Source: Octopus sinensis
Lineage: Eukaryota
DNA: 64,000 nt
NCBI RefSeq assembly: GCF_006345805.1
Contig: NC_043013.1
Coordinates: 58,900,001-58,964,000 of the forward strand
Reading direction: 5' to 3'
Part shown: positions 1 to 11,884 of the stretch, in pieces
Position numbering within the stretch: the first letter of the stretch is position 1
How the letters are laid out: every line of letters starts with the position of its first letter
Position numbers and translations under genes: made by a program
The notes under the pieces: model-generated
Told to the model about the DNA's origin: nothing
What the model saw: only the letters and a program-made list of their open reading frames with translations
Databases searched by the model: none

Positions 1-129
1 AACATTTTTTTTTAATCTTTAATAAAAAAAATTTTTTAAACCTATATAGTTATTTATTTGTATTTGTTTATTTATCTGTGTATTTTATTTATCATGTTTT
101 CGGTTTTGCTTATATTGTAACCAGTTTAT

Positions 130-750
130 GGGGATCCTCTTCTGTCATACGTTGTGGTGTGTGCTAGTGTTCCATTCCAGTTTCCTATTCAGGCTAGGTT
201 TATCTTCTATTATGTGTGTAGCTTCCGTAATTTGTCTGATTGTTGCATCTGTTCTATGTGTGGACAAGATTTTAACTTCTATGTTGTTGATTGATCCCCT
301 GTGTTCCTGCTCGGCGTGTTGGTACAGATGAGCTCTTTCCTTCCTTAAGTTCTCTCCAATGTCATTTACCCGCTCTCCTATGCTTCGTGCCGTTTCCCCT
401 ACGTATGTCGTTGTCTTGTTACTGCATCATCCCTCTATACATCTTATACTATAGACTACATTTCTGGCTTTACAGTTTGTTTGTGCGCTAAATCTATCCG
501 TACAGGGGTTTCTACTAAAAGGGTAGGTTCTACCGATTATGGATTTGATAGGATTATGGATTTGATAGGATTGCCTGGCTTTTCAACAACCTTAATCCTT
601 AGATTAAGTTTGTCTATGGTCCTTCTAAAGCGGTACGCTAGTTCACCTCTAGGGGTGGTGTCAACGAACATGACACTCTGGTATTTATGGCTATTATACC
701 AAGAGTTGGCCTTCCCTATTTTCTTTTTTTGTCCTTTCTATAGTGTTCCA
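130..750 (-). pseudogene. PLE linker and GIY-YIG endonuclease remnant (not in the ORF track because of stops and frameshifts)
   Basis: Manual translation: NCKARNVVYSIRCIEG*CSNKTTTYVGETARSIGERV...HLYQHAEQEH..IEVKILSTHRTDATIRQITEATHIIEDKPSLNRKLEWN. A 17-bp tandem duplication near 538-573 shifts the frame. Confidence 0.85.
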
Positions 751-755
751 TGACT

Positions 756-1097
756 TGTGTCACACATGTGCGAGCCTACAGAGTTAAAGAAACACATACA
801 ATATTTCATTCACCGCATGCAGTTCTCAGGTTACAGCCATAAAGAAAGGATCAGAGTATACAAAGGAGCCATGAAGAAATTTGATAATATATTATGTAAT
901 GATAGGAATGGGATTTGCCCACACTATAGTGTGGGCAAATCCCATTCCTATCATTACATAATATATTATCAAATTTCTTCATGGCTCCTTTGTATACTCT
1001 GATCCTTTCTTTATGGCTGTAACCTGAGAACTGCATGCGGTGAATGAAATATTGTATGTGTTTCTTTAACTCTGTAGGCTCGCACATGTGTGACACA
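756..1097. repeat. Perfect 342-bp palindrome (171-bp arms, no spacer) inside PLE1
   Basis: Centre cacacta|tagtgtg at 926/927; the arms are exact reverse complements. Confidence 0.97.
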
Positions 1098-1897
1098 TTT
1101 CTCATTATTCTGACGAGGTCTGCCATCAAAATATTGAATTTGGCATTGTCCGCAATGGCTGAGTTCCGGTGGATCAAGTATTTGGAGGCCATAGGTTTGG
1201 CATAGTACGAATGAAGGATTTGGGTTTTATTATTTACAGTTTCTAGCCAGAGTTCTGTGTCTAGTACTGGTAGTCTATGGTTGGGGTATTTAGTGGGGTA
1301 GTCTATTGTGACCTTAATACTTTGGTGGATGGAGTTAGCTATTTGCTGGATGCTCTCCATAGTATTAGTTTCTATTTCTATTTTAACAGTACTCTCTTTT
1401 GGGGGTGCCTTTACCACTATGTTGATATCATCAACATAGCGAGAGTACATGTTCACGAGTATGGAGTTCTGTGTTAGGCGCTCTTTAAGCCTTCTATCCC
1501 ACCATACCATGAAAAGGTTGGCCACATCCCCAGCGATACTAACACCGATGGCTGTCCCCTCGTCCTGGGCATATATTTTATTGTTAAACTTAAACGTGTG
1601 GCCTTTTAGGGTAACTCTTATACTAGCTCCTAGTGCATGTGCGATCATTTTCTTTACCTGATGGACATTTGCGGGGCTCCGTATAGCTCTGGTCCATCCA
1701 CTCCATCTCTCTGTATGGGTCGTCCTAACTATAGAAATAATTGTGGGTGGTCTACCCCTTAAATGTCTACTGTGGCAGAAACTACTAAGATTATGTTTAT
1801 CTAGGTATTCGTTGTCATAAGTCAGTTTAAGTAGGAGGCCCAGTTCTTCTGTGTTGACATTGCGGAAATCCACCTTGCTCTCGTTGATCATTTCCAC
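851..1897 (-). pseudogene. PLE reverse transcriptase core and thumb (348-aa ORF; the last ~25 aa come from the foldback insertion)
   Basis: ORF track: YAQDEGTAIGVSIAG, YSRYVDDINI, LPVLDTELW, HSYYAKPMASKY, LVRIMRN, all typical of PLE RT. Confidence 0.9.
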
Positions 1898-1917
1898 GCA
1901 CTTTTCTACCGCAAAAT

Positions 1918-3156
1918 CTACGTCGATACCACATCCATGCTACCCACCAGACATCCTGTCAGGTCGCAAGTGTTGTCACAGTCATTGATCCTGCTGAGGA
2001 GATCTTCTGTGCTGTCACAAACATCAGGTGACATCCGGATTATAGGGCGTATGATCATTGAGAGGAGGCAGGAGATTCTGTAATTGCTAGCGATATTCGC
2101 TCCACAGACTGGTCTTGTTGGTGGTCCTGCTATAGGGTCAGTAATTATTTTATGGTCCTTGCGAAGTCCATACAGTGCCGGGATATCGTTGTTCCAGGTT
2201 TGGAAATTGTAGGCTGTGCGTTTCTGGGGTCCCAGAACAATTGTCCACATCATCATGTGGGCGTTGAGGACCTTTTCTCTCTCCTCATGCGCCTGTAAAG
2301 TTGTTACTTTCGTATTGGCGATATGAGGTTGCATTGCCTGGATGTAGTTCGGTAAGCTGTCTGTTGACATCCTGCCGGACTTATCCGTGGGAAGGCATAC
2401 CACCTCTCCGTTCCTCGTGCGCTGAATAAGCTTATGTAGGCCACATGCAGGTTTAATCCCGAGTTGTTGGGCCTCTGTCTTATTCTGTCTCTGTCTCTTA
2501 GTGTATACTCCTAAAATCTGTGTAAGTTTGGTCCTAGCTATAGTGAACTGTGCTTCCATGTGGTCATTAGTACGTCTTGGGATGTAGACTCTTTTGTTGA
2601 AGGGTAATGTTGTTGGATAAATTCGGTTCATGCAGTAAGTTTTGTCGCATACGTTGAAGAACTGAGTGTCAAAGTGGTTGGTATACATGTTAATGGCCCT
2701 TGTAGAGTTATCTTCCTCATTATCGTTACTACTATTTCTGTCGTTACTGCTCCCATCGTCAACCCCACTATTATTATCACAACTATTGCCACTATTACCA
2801 CTATCATTATCACCACTAATACTATTATTACTATTACCATCACAACTATTACTACTTCTACTGTTACCACCACCACCACCACCACCACCACTACTACTAC
2901 TACCAGCATTATTGCTATTACTGTTATTCCTACCACTGCCATTATTGCTATCATCGCTAGTGATATTCTCATTGTTCCTGTTTCTGGTGTTGTTCGTAAT
3001 AGTATTGGTTCTTATGTCTGTCTGTTGGTCCCTGCCATTCTCTCTGTTGTGGTTGTTATTTTTGTTCCTACCAGTAGTGTTTTCTGTTTCAAGTCTGCTG
3101 ACTCCCTGTCCAAGAATTCTGTTGCATTCAACTTTATTCTCCATCGTGACCCCCAT
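1918..3156 (-). pseudogene. PLE N-terminal region and RT fingers with a long Asn/Ser/Gly-rich tract
   Basis: ORF track 412 aa: PFNKRVYIP, PTDKSGRMS, LRKDHK, RPVCGA, GSMDVV. A frameshift near 1920 separates it from VDFAVEKCVEMINES. Confidence 0.85.
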
Positions 3157-3223
3157 GACACAACTTTTATTCGGGTCCTTGTGACTATGGTTATCTGTGT
3201 GTGTGTTTGTGTGTCCGTTTCCC

Positions 3224-3775
3224 CTATAATTGTTGTTGTTGTTGTTGTTGCTGTTGTATACATTTTTTTCTGTTTTTGTATTTGTATCTATTGCTTGCGT
3301 TTATGCATTCATTTTTGCTGTTGTTGTTGTTGTTGTTGTTGCCGATGTTAGGGTTGTAGCTGTTCGTGTTGTTTTTGTTGCTACGGTTGTTGTTGCTGCG
3401 GTCATTATAGTTTGTGTTGTTGTTGCTGCGGTTATTGTTGTTCGTGTTGCCGTCTGTGTTGTTATTGTTGTTGTCACTCGTGTTGTCGTTGTTCCTATTT
3501 AAATTCCAACGTATTTTTGTGAACGACTTTTCAATCTCGGACAGGCATTTGATGGTATTCACATTATTATATATCGCATATTTTGGTGGTAGTTGAAGTA
3601 TCGATATTTCATCTGGGTCCGTTGTTATTCCCCCATAGATGTTCGCTTCATTGTCCTTGTTGAATTCTGCTGGTAGTGGGACATCTTCCATAATAATTCC
3701 GTTTATTGTATCTCGATACTTCTGCTTTTCTTCCTTTGCGAGCTCATATTGATGTTTATGTTTCAACCACGACAA
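3224..3775 (-). pseudogene. PLE N-terminal domain fragment with poly-Asn
   Basis: ORF track 183 aa: EISILQLPPKYAIY..CLSEIEKSFTKIRW, followed by an N-rich tract. Confidence 0.75.
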
Positions 3776-4421
3776 CTTCCTCTTAAAATGGATATTGCAC
3801 TGGTGTAAAACTGTGGTTTTCTCTTTTCATGTGGTGATGTTTTTAATTTCTTTTAAAAATATACGTTTACGTTTTTCTTGCTCGCTTAGCTCTTTGTATA
3901 TTTTGTTTTTAATATTTACCATCAGCTCTCCTTTTTAACCTTTCAGCCTGTCCTTTGGTGAGATCAAGCCGTTTAACGTTGGCTGTGACCTTGTTGATAC
4001 ATATTCTGGACGAGACACATTGTTTTGTAAAATGAAGCTGTTGCGTTGTCACAGTTTTCTTTAGGCAACAGAATACAGTGTCCTTCAGCTTCTTGCAAAG
4101 CCTGGCTATGGCTAAGTCGTGTGTTGAAACAGATATTGTTGAATTTCGGAATGGTCATTTTGCCAGTTTAGCCAATAAAGACACACGCACTATATATTTG
4201 GTGTTACTTTGCTTCAGTGTTATTTATTTTTTACATTATCTGAATTCTTATAAAGTTGATGTTATCATTTAATACATTGGTAACTTCGTTTTATATTTGG
4301 TTTGCAAGATTCTTGATGTGAGTTCTTGTTTGTTGCGTCTTGGGAGAGTCATTACGCCAATAACAATAATTCACATACAATTTCAATTCCACTTCTTTAT
4401 TATTGTTATTATTATTATTAT

Positions 4422-6927
4422 TCTATATTTGACTTTTGCTTTATATTTGTACAAGTTGGCTCCAAGTCTCACCCAGAGACCTCAAGAGCCAACAGGTTGG
4501 AAGTTCATGTTGTTGTTATCCCTAGTGTGCCATATATTTGTTTGTTTGTTTGTTTTTTGGGGTTGTACTAGTGAATGTCTAAAAAAAATTTTTTTAACCG
4601 AAAATTATGTTTGTTTTAAACCTTGAGATTACATAGAAAGTATTTTGCGTAGGTGGTTTGTGTTCCCACCAGTTGTTTGACTTTTGCTTTATATTTGTAC
4701 AAGTTGGCTCCAAGTCTCACCCAGAGACCTCAAGAGACAACAGGTTGGAAGTTCATGTTGTTGTTATGCCTAGTGTGCCATATATTTGTCTGTTTTTTTT
4801 GTGGGGGGGTTGTACTAGTGAATGTCTAAAAAAAAATTTTTTTAACCGAAAATTGTTTGTTTTAAAACTTGAGATTACATAGAAAGTATTTTGCGTAGGT
4901 GGTTTGTGTTCCCACCAGTTTTTTTCATGGGGCAAATCCAGGTTTTTGCAAATTACCCAGTGAATATATTGTGCAGCTCTATCATGCCTGTTGAGATACC
5001 CTGTAGGTGCTAGAAGACTGCACTTGGAGACAACATGATCAATGGTTTCATTTTGTTGTTGACATACACGACATGTTGGGCTACTGCCGTTCTTTAATAT
5101 GTTGGCCTGGTAGTTTCTTGTTGGTAGGCATTGATCTTGAGCTGCTATGATAAACCCTTCTGTTTCAGATTTTAAGCCAGGGGCCATTAGCCATTGATGG
5201 GTCAGGGCTTTGTCAACATCTGCATTATTCGCTCTCTTTGGGTATTTGCCATTGAGAGGTTTTTCTTGCCATTTATCATTCAGAATATCTAAGGCAGACG
5301 TTTTAGCACGGGTTTTCATGCGTTTAGTTTTCTGTGCTTGTTTTTTGTATGTCTAATTCCGAAATTTGTTGTATTCGGAATTCACTTAGATATTCCATTG
5401 CCTGTTTTGTTACTGAGTATGATGCTTTCTTGTTTTCATGTTTTGAGACAAGTTTTAACATCCAGTACTCAGAGTTTTTCAGGTAGGTGTCTAGGCAAAT
5501 TGTAGCAATCTTCATTGTTATTGCCAGTTGTAAAAGTCCACGGCCTCCCTCTTTTCTTGGCAGATAAAGTCGTTCTGTATCTGCCTTAGGGTGGTGCATT
5601 CTATGCATTGTCAACAGTTTTCTTATTTTTCTGTCACGATTACATATTTCAGTAATTGTCCAGTTAACGATATTGAAACTGTAAGTCACAACTGGTATGG
5701 CTAAAGCATTGATCGCTTCGATCCTGTTTCTCGCATTCAGCTCTGTCTTGATAACATTCTCTCCTGATCCTTTCCTTCATCACTGAATGCCTTATTCCGT
5801 CCCCTTCAATTATCCCTAGGTACTTGTAGTTCTTCGCTGTGTCTAACTCTTTTATGACGTGCTGCTGGTCAAGGTTAACGTTAGATGTTTCTGTCATTTT
5901 TCCTTTAATAAAGGTAGCTTTTGCACATTTATCGAGGCCAAATTTCATTCTGATGTCATCACTGAATTGTTTAACAATCGCTAGTAAGCCCTTGAGTTGT
6001 TGGTCATTTTTTGCAACGAGCTTTAAATCATCCATGTAAATGAGATGATTTATATTTTTATCAAACATTTTATATCCGTACTGCGCGTCATTGAGCAATT
6101 TTGAGAGAGGTATCAAGGCTAAACAAAAGGGGAGTGGTGATAGTGAGTCACCCTGGAAAATGCCACATGAGATTTTTACATCACTAGCATTTAGAGATTC
6201 ATTGTCACTGTTCAAAGTTGATGTGGTTCTCCATAATCTCATACTTACAGACAAAAAGTTTCGCAGAGTAGGTGCTATTTTATACATTTCCAGGCATTTT
6301 TTAATCCAGCTATGTAGTAGGCTATCAAAAGCCTTTTTATAGTCTATCCAGGCTATTGATAAGTTTTTGTGTCGTTTGTGATAATCTTCTAAGATCATCT
6401 TATTGATGAGTAGTTGATCTTTACAACCGTAGGATCCACGTTTACATCCTTTTTGTTCATTATGGAATATGCTGCTGTCTGTTAAAAAACTATAGGTATA
6501 TTCCGTCAGGACAGATGTTAGCGTTTTATACATAGTTGTTAAGCAGCTTATGGGTCTATAGGTTTTTTTGGTTCATTTGTTTCTTCACTTTTTGGAAGCA
6601 GGAATGTTAACCCATTAACTAGCCAAGGAGGCATCCTACTAGGGTGTTGCAAAACATCATTGTAAAGTTCTGTTAGCAGTTCATGGCTCTCTGGGAAGAC
6701 ATTCAACCAGAAGTTAGGAATTTTATCCTTTCCTGGAGACTTCCAGTTGCTTGACCTCCTGAGAGCAGATCTTATATCTTCTACCTTGACACCCTCTCAC
6801 TTTTGCTCTTCTAAGGAGTCCAGTTCTGTAGATATTCTATCAATCCAGGGGGCCTTTTCACTGTGTGTTTTTTCTTCTGCCCAAATTTTATTCCAAAATC
6901 CCTGCACTTCTTCTTTTGATGGTACAG
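4422..6927 (-). mobile_element. R4/Dong-type non-LTR retrotransposon (RLE class), 5'-truncated, RLE domain deleted, inserted in (TAA)n
   Basis: RT motifs YRPISCLTTMYK, KDQLLINK, WIDYKKAFDS, GIFQGDSLSP, YMDDLKL, YKYLG; RLYLPRKEGGRGL; CRVC..ETIDHVVSKC zinc knuckle; terminal LRKILSM* and a 3'UTR ending in (TAA)n; TAA tracts at both ends. Confidence 0.92.
5664..6533 (-). pseudogene. R4/Dong reverse transcriptase core
   Basis: 289-aa ORF with QGDSLSP and YMDD motifs. Confidence 0.92.
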
Positions 6928-6945
6928 ATTATTATTATTATTATT

Positions 6946-7500
6946 GAGTGAGAGAGCAATTCATGCCATCAAAGTGACACTGGGGTAAAATATACGAAGC
7001 CCAATATACCCATCATGACTACCCGTCTGATAAAGGTACACCAGGCACATGCATCACAACCATATGTGCGCGACATGGTGATCTCATATCAAGATAAACA
7101 GCACATGACCTTGCAGGTGGGGCCCAGTTAGAATTTTCTTCAGGTTGAGTAGCCCATCCCGCTCAAACGGTCCCTGAATAAGGGTTGTTTAAGGATGTTG
7201 AAAGAACCACCCATGTTTCCAGAGGTGAACTATTCAAACCCCAAAGAATCCCTCTCAACACATGGCTATGATGCTCCCCCACTACTTCTGCTCGTGATCA
7301 GAGATGCACATATCGTCAGCCACTAAGGGACATGCTCAACTGGTTAAGGTCAAACAACTGACAAGCAAATCTGTGGTATTGAGCAGAATATTTGCTGTAG
7401 CCCATCTTTTATACCAAGACAAAACAATGTACATGATAACACTTCCAATCAGTTAAGATCAGAAGCCATGAGAGCCACTGCCTGGTACTGCATCAGGGCA
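6946..7500. mobile_element. ~555-bp non-coding interspersed repeat flanked on both sides by (TAA)n
   Basis: Sharp boundaries at TAA tracts, higher GC than the flanks, no ORF. It resembles an abundant octopus repeat as I recall it; not verified. Confidence 0.5.
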
Positions 7501-7513
7501 TTTATTATTATTA

Positions 7514-7572
<59 letters not shown>
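7501..7572. repeat. (ATT)n microsatellite
   Basis: Direct reading. Confidence 0.98.
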
Positions 7573-7574
<2 letters not shown>

Positions 7575-10039
7575 CAATTGATTAAATGGCTATGAAACTT
7601 ATTCAGCTAACATATTTATCGTTCGTTTAACCATTTAACCAATTGATTAATAGTAATAAAGTGAAAATAAACCCCTGCGTGTGTTATTATTATTGGTGTA
7701 ATGACTCCCAAGACATAATAGCGTTGCTCTCATCGCTTTTACATAAAAAAGCATTTTTATATTTATTTTTCAGATAGTGAAAAACATTTTGCGCTACTGT
7801 TCTATGTATATTGTTTATACGACAGAGAAAGTTCTGCATTTTTTAATTTTTTTATCCTTAAAAAAATCATCCTTTAGTGATTTCTTCAGTAGATTTTGAC
7901 ATTTTGACTCTGGTAATTTTCATGACACTGCAAGTTTCTGAAAATATTGAATAAGTATTATTTGATCTGTACAAGTAGTGTGAGAAGTGAAAGAGTTTAT
8001 CTTCTTGAGTCGACAGAATGAGATTTTTAAAAATATTATTTCTTATACAGCGTAAAACAAATGTTTATTATATTATCAGTAGCTATGAAACTATTGTTTA
8101 ATAAATGTGTGTTACTGATTTATCCATATCTCCACTTAAAGGTAAACTTTTCACTTATAGAAATCTCGCGTTTTCGATTATATTTTTCTGGAAATCTTTT
8201 GTTCATTTTACATTATTGCTTTTTGTAGTTTTCTTGTTAAATTTTGACATTTTGTGAATATGAAAGTTTTGTGCGTTTGTATGTACAAATGAGGGGTACC
8301 GATTTTCTTGTAAACATAATTTGTTAAAAACGCGGCTGTGTTCCACTTTTATAAAAACATAATGAGTACAAAGATAAAAGAAAGAAAGAAATACAAGAAT
8401 GATAAAACTGGAACACAGACGCATTTTAAACAATACCTGTTCAAAAATGTTATCAATAACACATAATGGTTTGTCAGTTTCATCAGTAAGCATTCACTTG
8501 TACGAAAAACTAAACTAGCTGCTCGCATGGTTGAGTATTTCTCAGTTACAAGTACTCTCAATGTAATTGTTAAGCTGAACCAGTGTGATAGAAATATGAG
8601 ACAAGGCTTAATGATAAAATTAAAAGTATAAATGGACTTTCACACAGTTTTCGTTCCATTCAGTTCCACTCACAAAGCATGGGTCGACCAGAGCTATGAT
8701 AAAATATATTTTTCCAAAATGTCTCGCATCGGACTCCGGCCCGAAAGCTCATGATTGCAAAAAAATGTTCTTAGTCACTAGACTATAGCTGTGTTTACAT
8801 CCGCACAAACAGATTTAAAGAATTTTTGCTCCACTCACCTTTTCCCCAGCGGATGATAGCATTCATCAATCAAAGTCTTAACATCTTTGACTCTAACCTT
8901 GAAAAGGAGTTGTAAAATCCAACTATCTCCCCCTACAACTTTCACTTTATATGTCACGGTGTTTTCTCCATATCTTGTATTTGTATATCTGTAACTGTTG
9001 TATAGTAGTAAGACCTGATAGGTGGTCCAGTCGTGCTTTATTCCATTTTTTTAATCACATAGAGTATTTTTTGTATCTACCCCTACAGTATGGAGAATGT
9101 TTTGTTTTTAAGATTGTGAATTATGAAAAACAAGCGATTCTCAAGAGCAATGTTTCTTCATATTTTTTCTATATTCCCTATATTTACCAGTTCCTCATCA
9201 CGATTTGTAACCCAAGATATAAGAAGAAATAGTCATTTTTACAATTTATCATGATATAAATAGCTGTCAATAAATTTTAAATAAATAAGGAAAATAAATT
9301 TATGTGAATAACAGTAAAAGATTGGAATCTCCGATTTTTTTCCAGGAATCTTGAAATTTACCAACAGGAAAAATTTCCCTTAATCTAAGAAATGCTGTTC
9401 TCTTATCCTCCTTTGAGTTACTTCCATATGAAAATTGCCTCAAAACTGGTCTCCTCAAAAGCCTTCATCTGAATTAGTAAATATTCACAATCTAGCATAT
9501 GCATTGAGTTCTTTGTCTTAAATTGTGGTTCTTCCAATTTTTAAGCGAGAATGTATGACGATATTTTACATACATGCATACATAGAGGAAATTTCCAACA
9601 GACACAATTGACAATACCGAGACCGATTGGTCAATTAAATTTTGGTGGAACTTAAAACAGCCACCAAATTAAAATACCATTGGCCACTGGGACCACTCAA
9701 CAATATGAATGATTAAATTATAAAATACCCAAAAAATGACGTAACGGTTAAAATGAGTAATAGCCGGCTAATGGAAGTAGTAGTTAGGATAATGGTGTAG
9801 GGGGCAGAAACGATTTGCCACCTCACTATAATGCTAACAACTGCCATTATCATTGCCCCCTTTATCAGATTTTATTACTATATTACTACCCTATTGCAAC
9901 TATTGGAACCGCTGTCAGTAACGGTCCATATACGATTTATAATTGCATAGCTGCCTTTAGAATCTACTCCTTTCAACAGAATCACTATGTTTACCATTAA
10001 TCCCTCTTTATGTATACTATATCTGAACATTGCTTGTCA

Positions 10040-10995
10040 CAGCTGAGTAGTTTGCAAACGTGAAGACAGCTTGGAATAAATACAGAAATTTATGAAATAA
10101 TCCAGACTGCTTATGGATTAACTCGTATAAACTGAGCATATGTTTCAGTGAAACTTATAGTAGCCTGTAGGATATCAGATCTGGTTGAGAAAATTCGCAA
10201 TTTTCTGGATGAAAACTGTTGTGTCTCAATAAAAACAATAAGCATACAGTTTAGAGTTGGCATGAAACTGTTCACAAAATCCTTCATGCAGAAAATTTGA
10301 GCAAAGTTTACTTCCAGGTTGTTCAATGAGATGACAGCAGGGAAATTGTTGGACTCATTACCTCCAGGCCAAGAGTAATTCAGTCTTTGGCGATTTGTAA
10401 CGGAAGCTAGATGTACTGTTATGATGAAGAGACCAAGAAACAGAGTGCCGAATGGAAGCATCCTGGCTCCCCAACACCCAAGAAGAACTAGAAAGGGAAG
10501 TCCACCAGAAAACTTTTGATGATGTCCTTTATCGACAGTAAGTGCTTCATCTGCTTTCACAGTGTTCTCTGGTCATACGGTCAATAAAGAGTAATTTATG
10601 GAGGCTTTGAGGGAGTTTAGGAAGAGATTTGGGCCAGTGATCTTCCCACTCTGGTCGGTGGCTCCTGCACAAGAATAATTCCATCCTGGTGACCAACTAC
10701 TTGACAGAGATGGGCATCAAAACTTTCCCTCACCCTGTCTAGACCTTTTTCCCCGTGACTTCTGTTTCCAGGTCAAGTTCAATGAGAATCTCAGAGGCAG
10801 TCGTTTTGAAGACATTGAGATGATGAAGGAGGTTTGACGAGGATCCTGGACATCTCACTTCAGAGTACTTGAACGCTACAAGTGCATTGAGATGCGCCGC
10901 GGATCCTACTTTGAAGGAGGTTAGACTATTGTGCTTTTTTGAAGTTAATAAATGTCTCTCCTGAAAAAGTCTCAAAACATCTGAAATGCACATTA
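10040..10995 (+). mobile_element. Degenerate mariner transposase remnant
   Basis: Plus-strand fragments YCYDEETKKQSAEWKHPGSPTPKK, GHTVNKE, YLTEMGIKTFPHP, LRGSRFEDIE, CIEMR..SYFEGG* match the mariner DD34D layout; many stops and frameshifts. Confidence 0.8.
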
Positions 10996-11523
10996 TATAT
11001 ATATACATATATCGTAAAATTTCTTTGTCCATTGTATAGGCAGTAGTTTGAAGCCCGAGATGCAAGATATAAAAATGTTAAGGAGAATTCAAATAGGTTC
11101 AACAATTTATATAAACATATATTCTACCTGGCATCAATGTATATCAGTTTTTAAATATATAAATGTTTCAGTCATTAAAATATATTTTAAAAATCTATAA
11201 ATGCATTAATATATAAAAATTTAATATACATATATATATAAATAGATGAATGGGATTAAGTTATAAAAGTGTAGATGTACAAAAGTGTAGCCGTATAAAG
11301 ATGTATAGAGAGGCATTTAGAATTACAGTCGTATTAAAAGGTGTTGTAGAACGGCGTTGTAAAAATTATTTGAGAATAAACATGCCCTTACGAAAAGTCT
11401 TACGAACAGAGCGAATGAATAAAAATCGCAGCATTGAGACTGGATTTTTCAAGAGAACAAGTAAGCCTGTTTAGATAAACTGTTGGTGGTAATCGATCCA
11501 AAATTGTTGAACCTATTTGAATT

Positions 11524-11526
<3 letters not shown>

Positions 11527-11617
<91 letters not shown>

Positions 11618-11630
11618 GTATAATATATAT

Positions 11631-11673
<43 letters not shown>

Positions 11674-11690
11674 TATATATTATATATATA

Positions 11691-11739
<49 letters not shown>

Positions 11740-11801
11740 TATATATATATAATATATATATATATACACACACGTATATATACACAAATAACTGTATACA
11801 A

Positions 11802-11878
<77 letters not shown>
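11527..11878. repeat. Compound (TA)n/(GA)n microsatellite
   Basis: Direct reading. Confidence 0.98.

Positions 11879-11884
<6 letters not shown>

Larger units (their letters stand above)
130..4300 (-). mobile_element. Penelope-like retroelement 1 (EN+, C-terminal GIY-YIG; Neptune/Penelope-like), near full length, disrupted
   Basis: Minus-strand frames give, in order, N-terminal TIPKF and LQLPPKYAIY..EIEKSFTKIRW, then PTDKSGRMS, ALYGLRKDHK, RPVCGA, GSMDVV, GTAIGVSIAGDVANLFM, RYVDDI, LPVLDTEL, YAKPMAS, linker WYNSHKYQSVMFVDTTPRGELA..IKVVEKPG, and GIY-YIG NVVYSIRC..YVGETARSIGER..RQITEA..PSLNRKLEW. Several frameshifts. Clade assignment is tentative. Confidence 0.9.

Noticed and set aside
427-429. 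In-frame TGA next to Cys in the PLE1 nuclease (RCIEG*C), suggesting selenocysteine as reported for some Naiad PLEs
   Set aside because: A single TGA in a copy with many other lesions; explained simply by CGA>TGA decay; no SECIS recognised; this element has a C-terminal EN and is not a Naiad
6946-7500. HDV-like ribozyme at the putative R4 5' region
   Set aside because: I could not assemble P1/P2/P3/P1.1 by eye; needs a covariance-model search
8300-8560. AVFHFYKN frame reminiscent of a MULE transposase
   Set aside because: One weak motif with no TIRs or other catalytic residues
9640-9760. Two ATTGG boxes and TGACGTAA as a promoter
   Set aside because: No associated gene or exon; short motifs are not significant on their own
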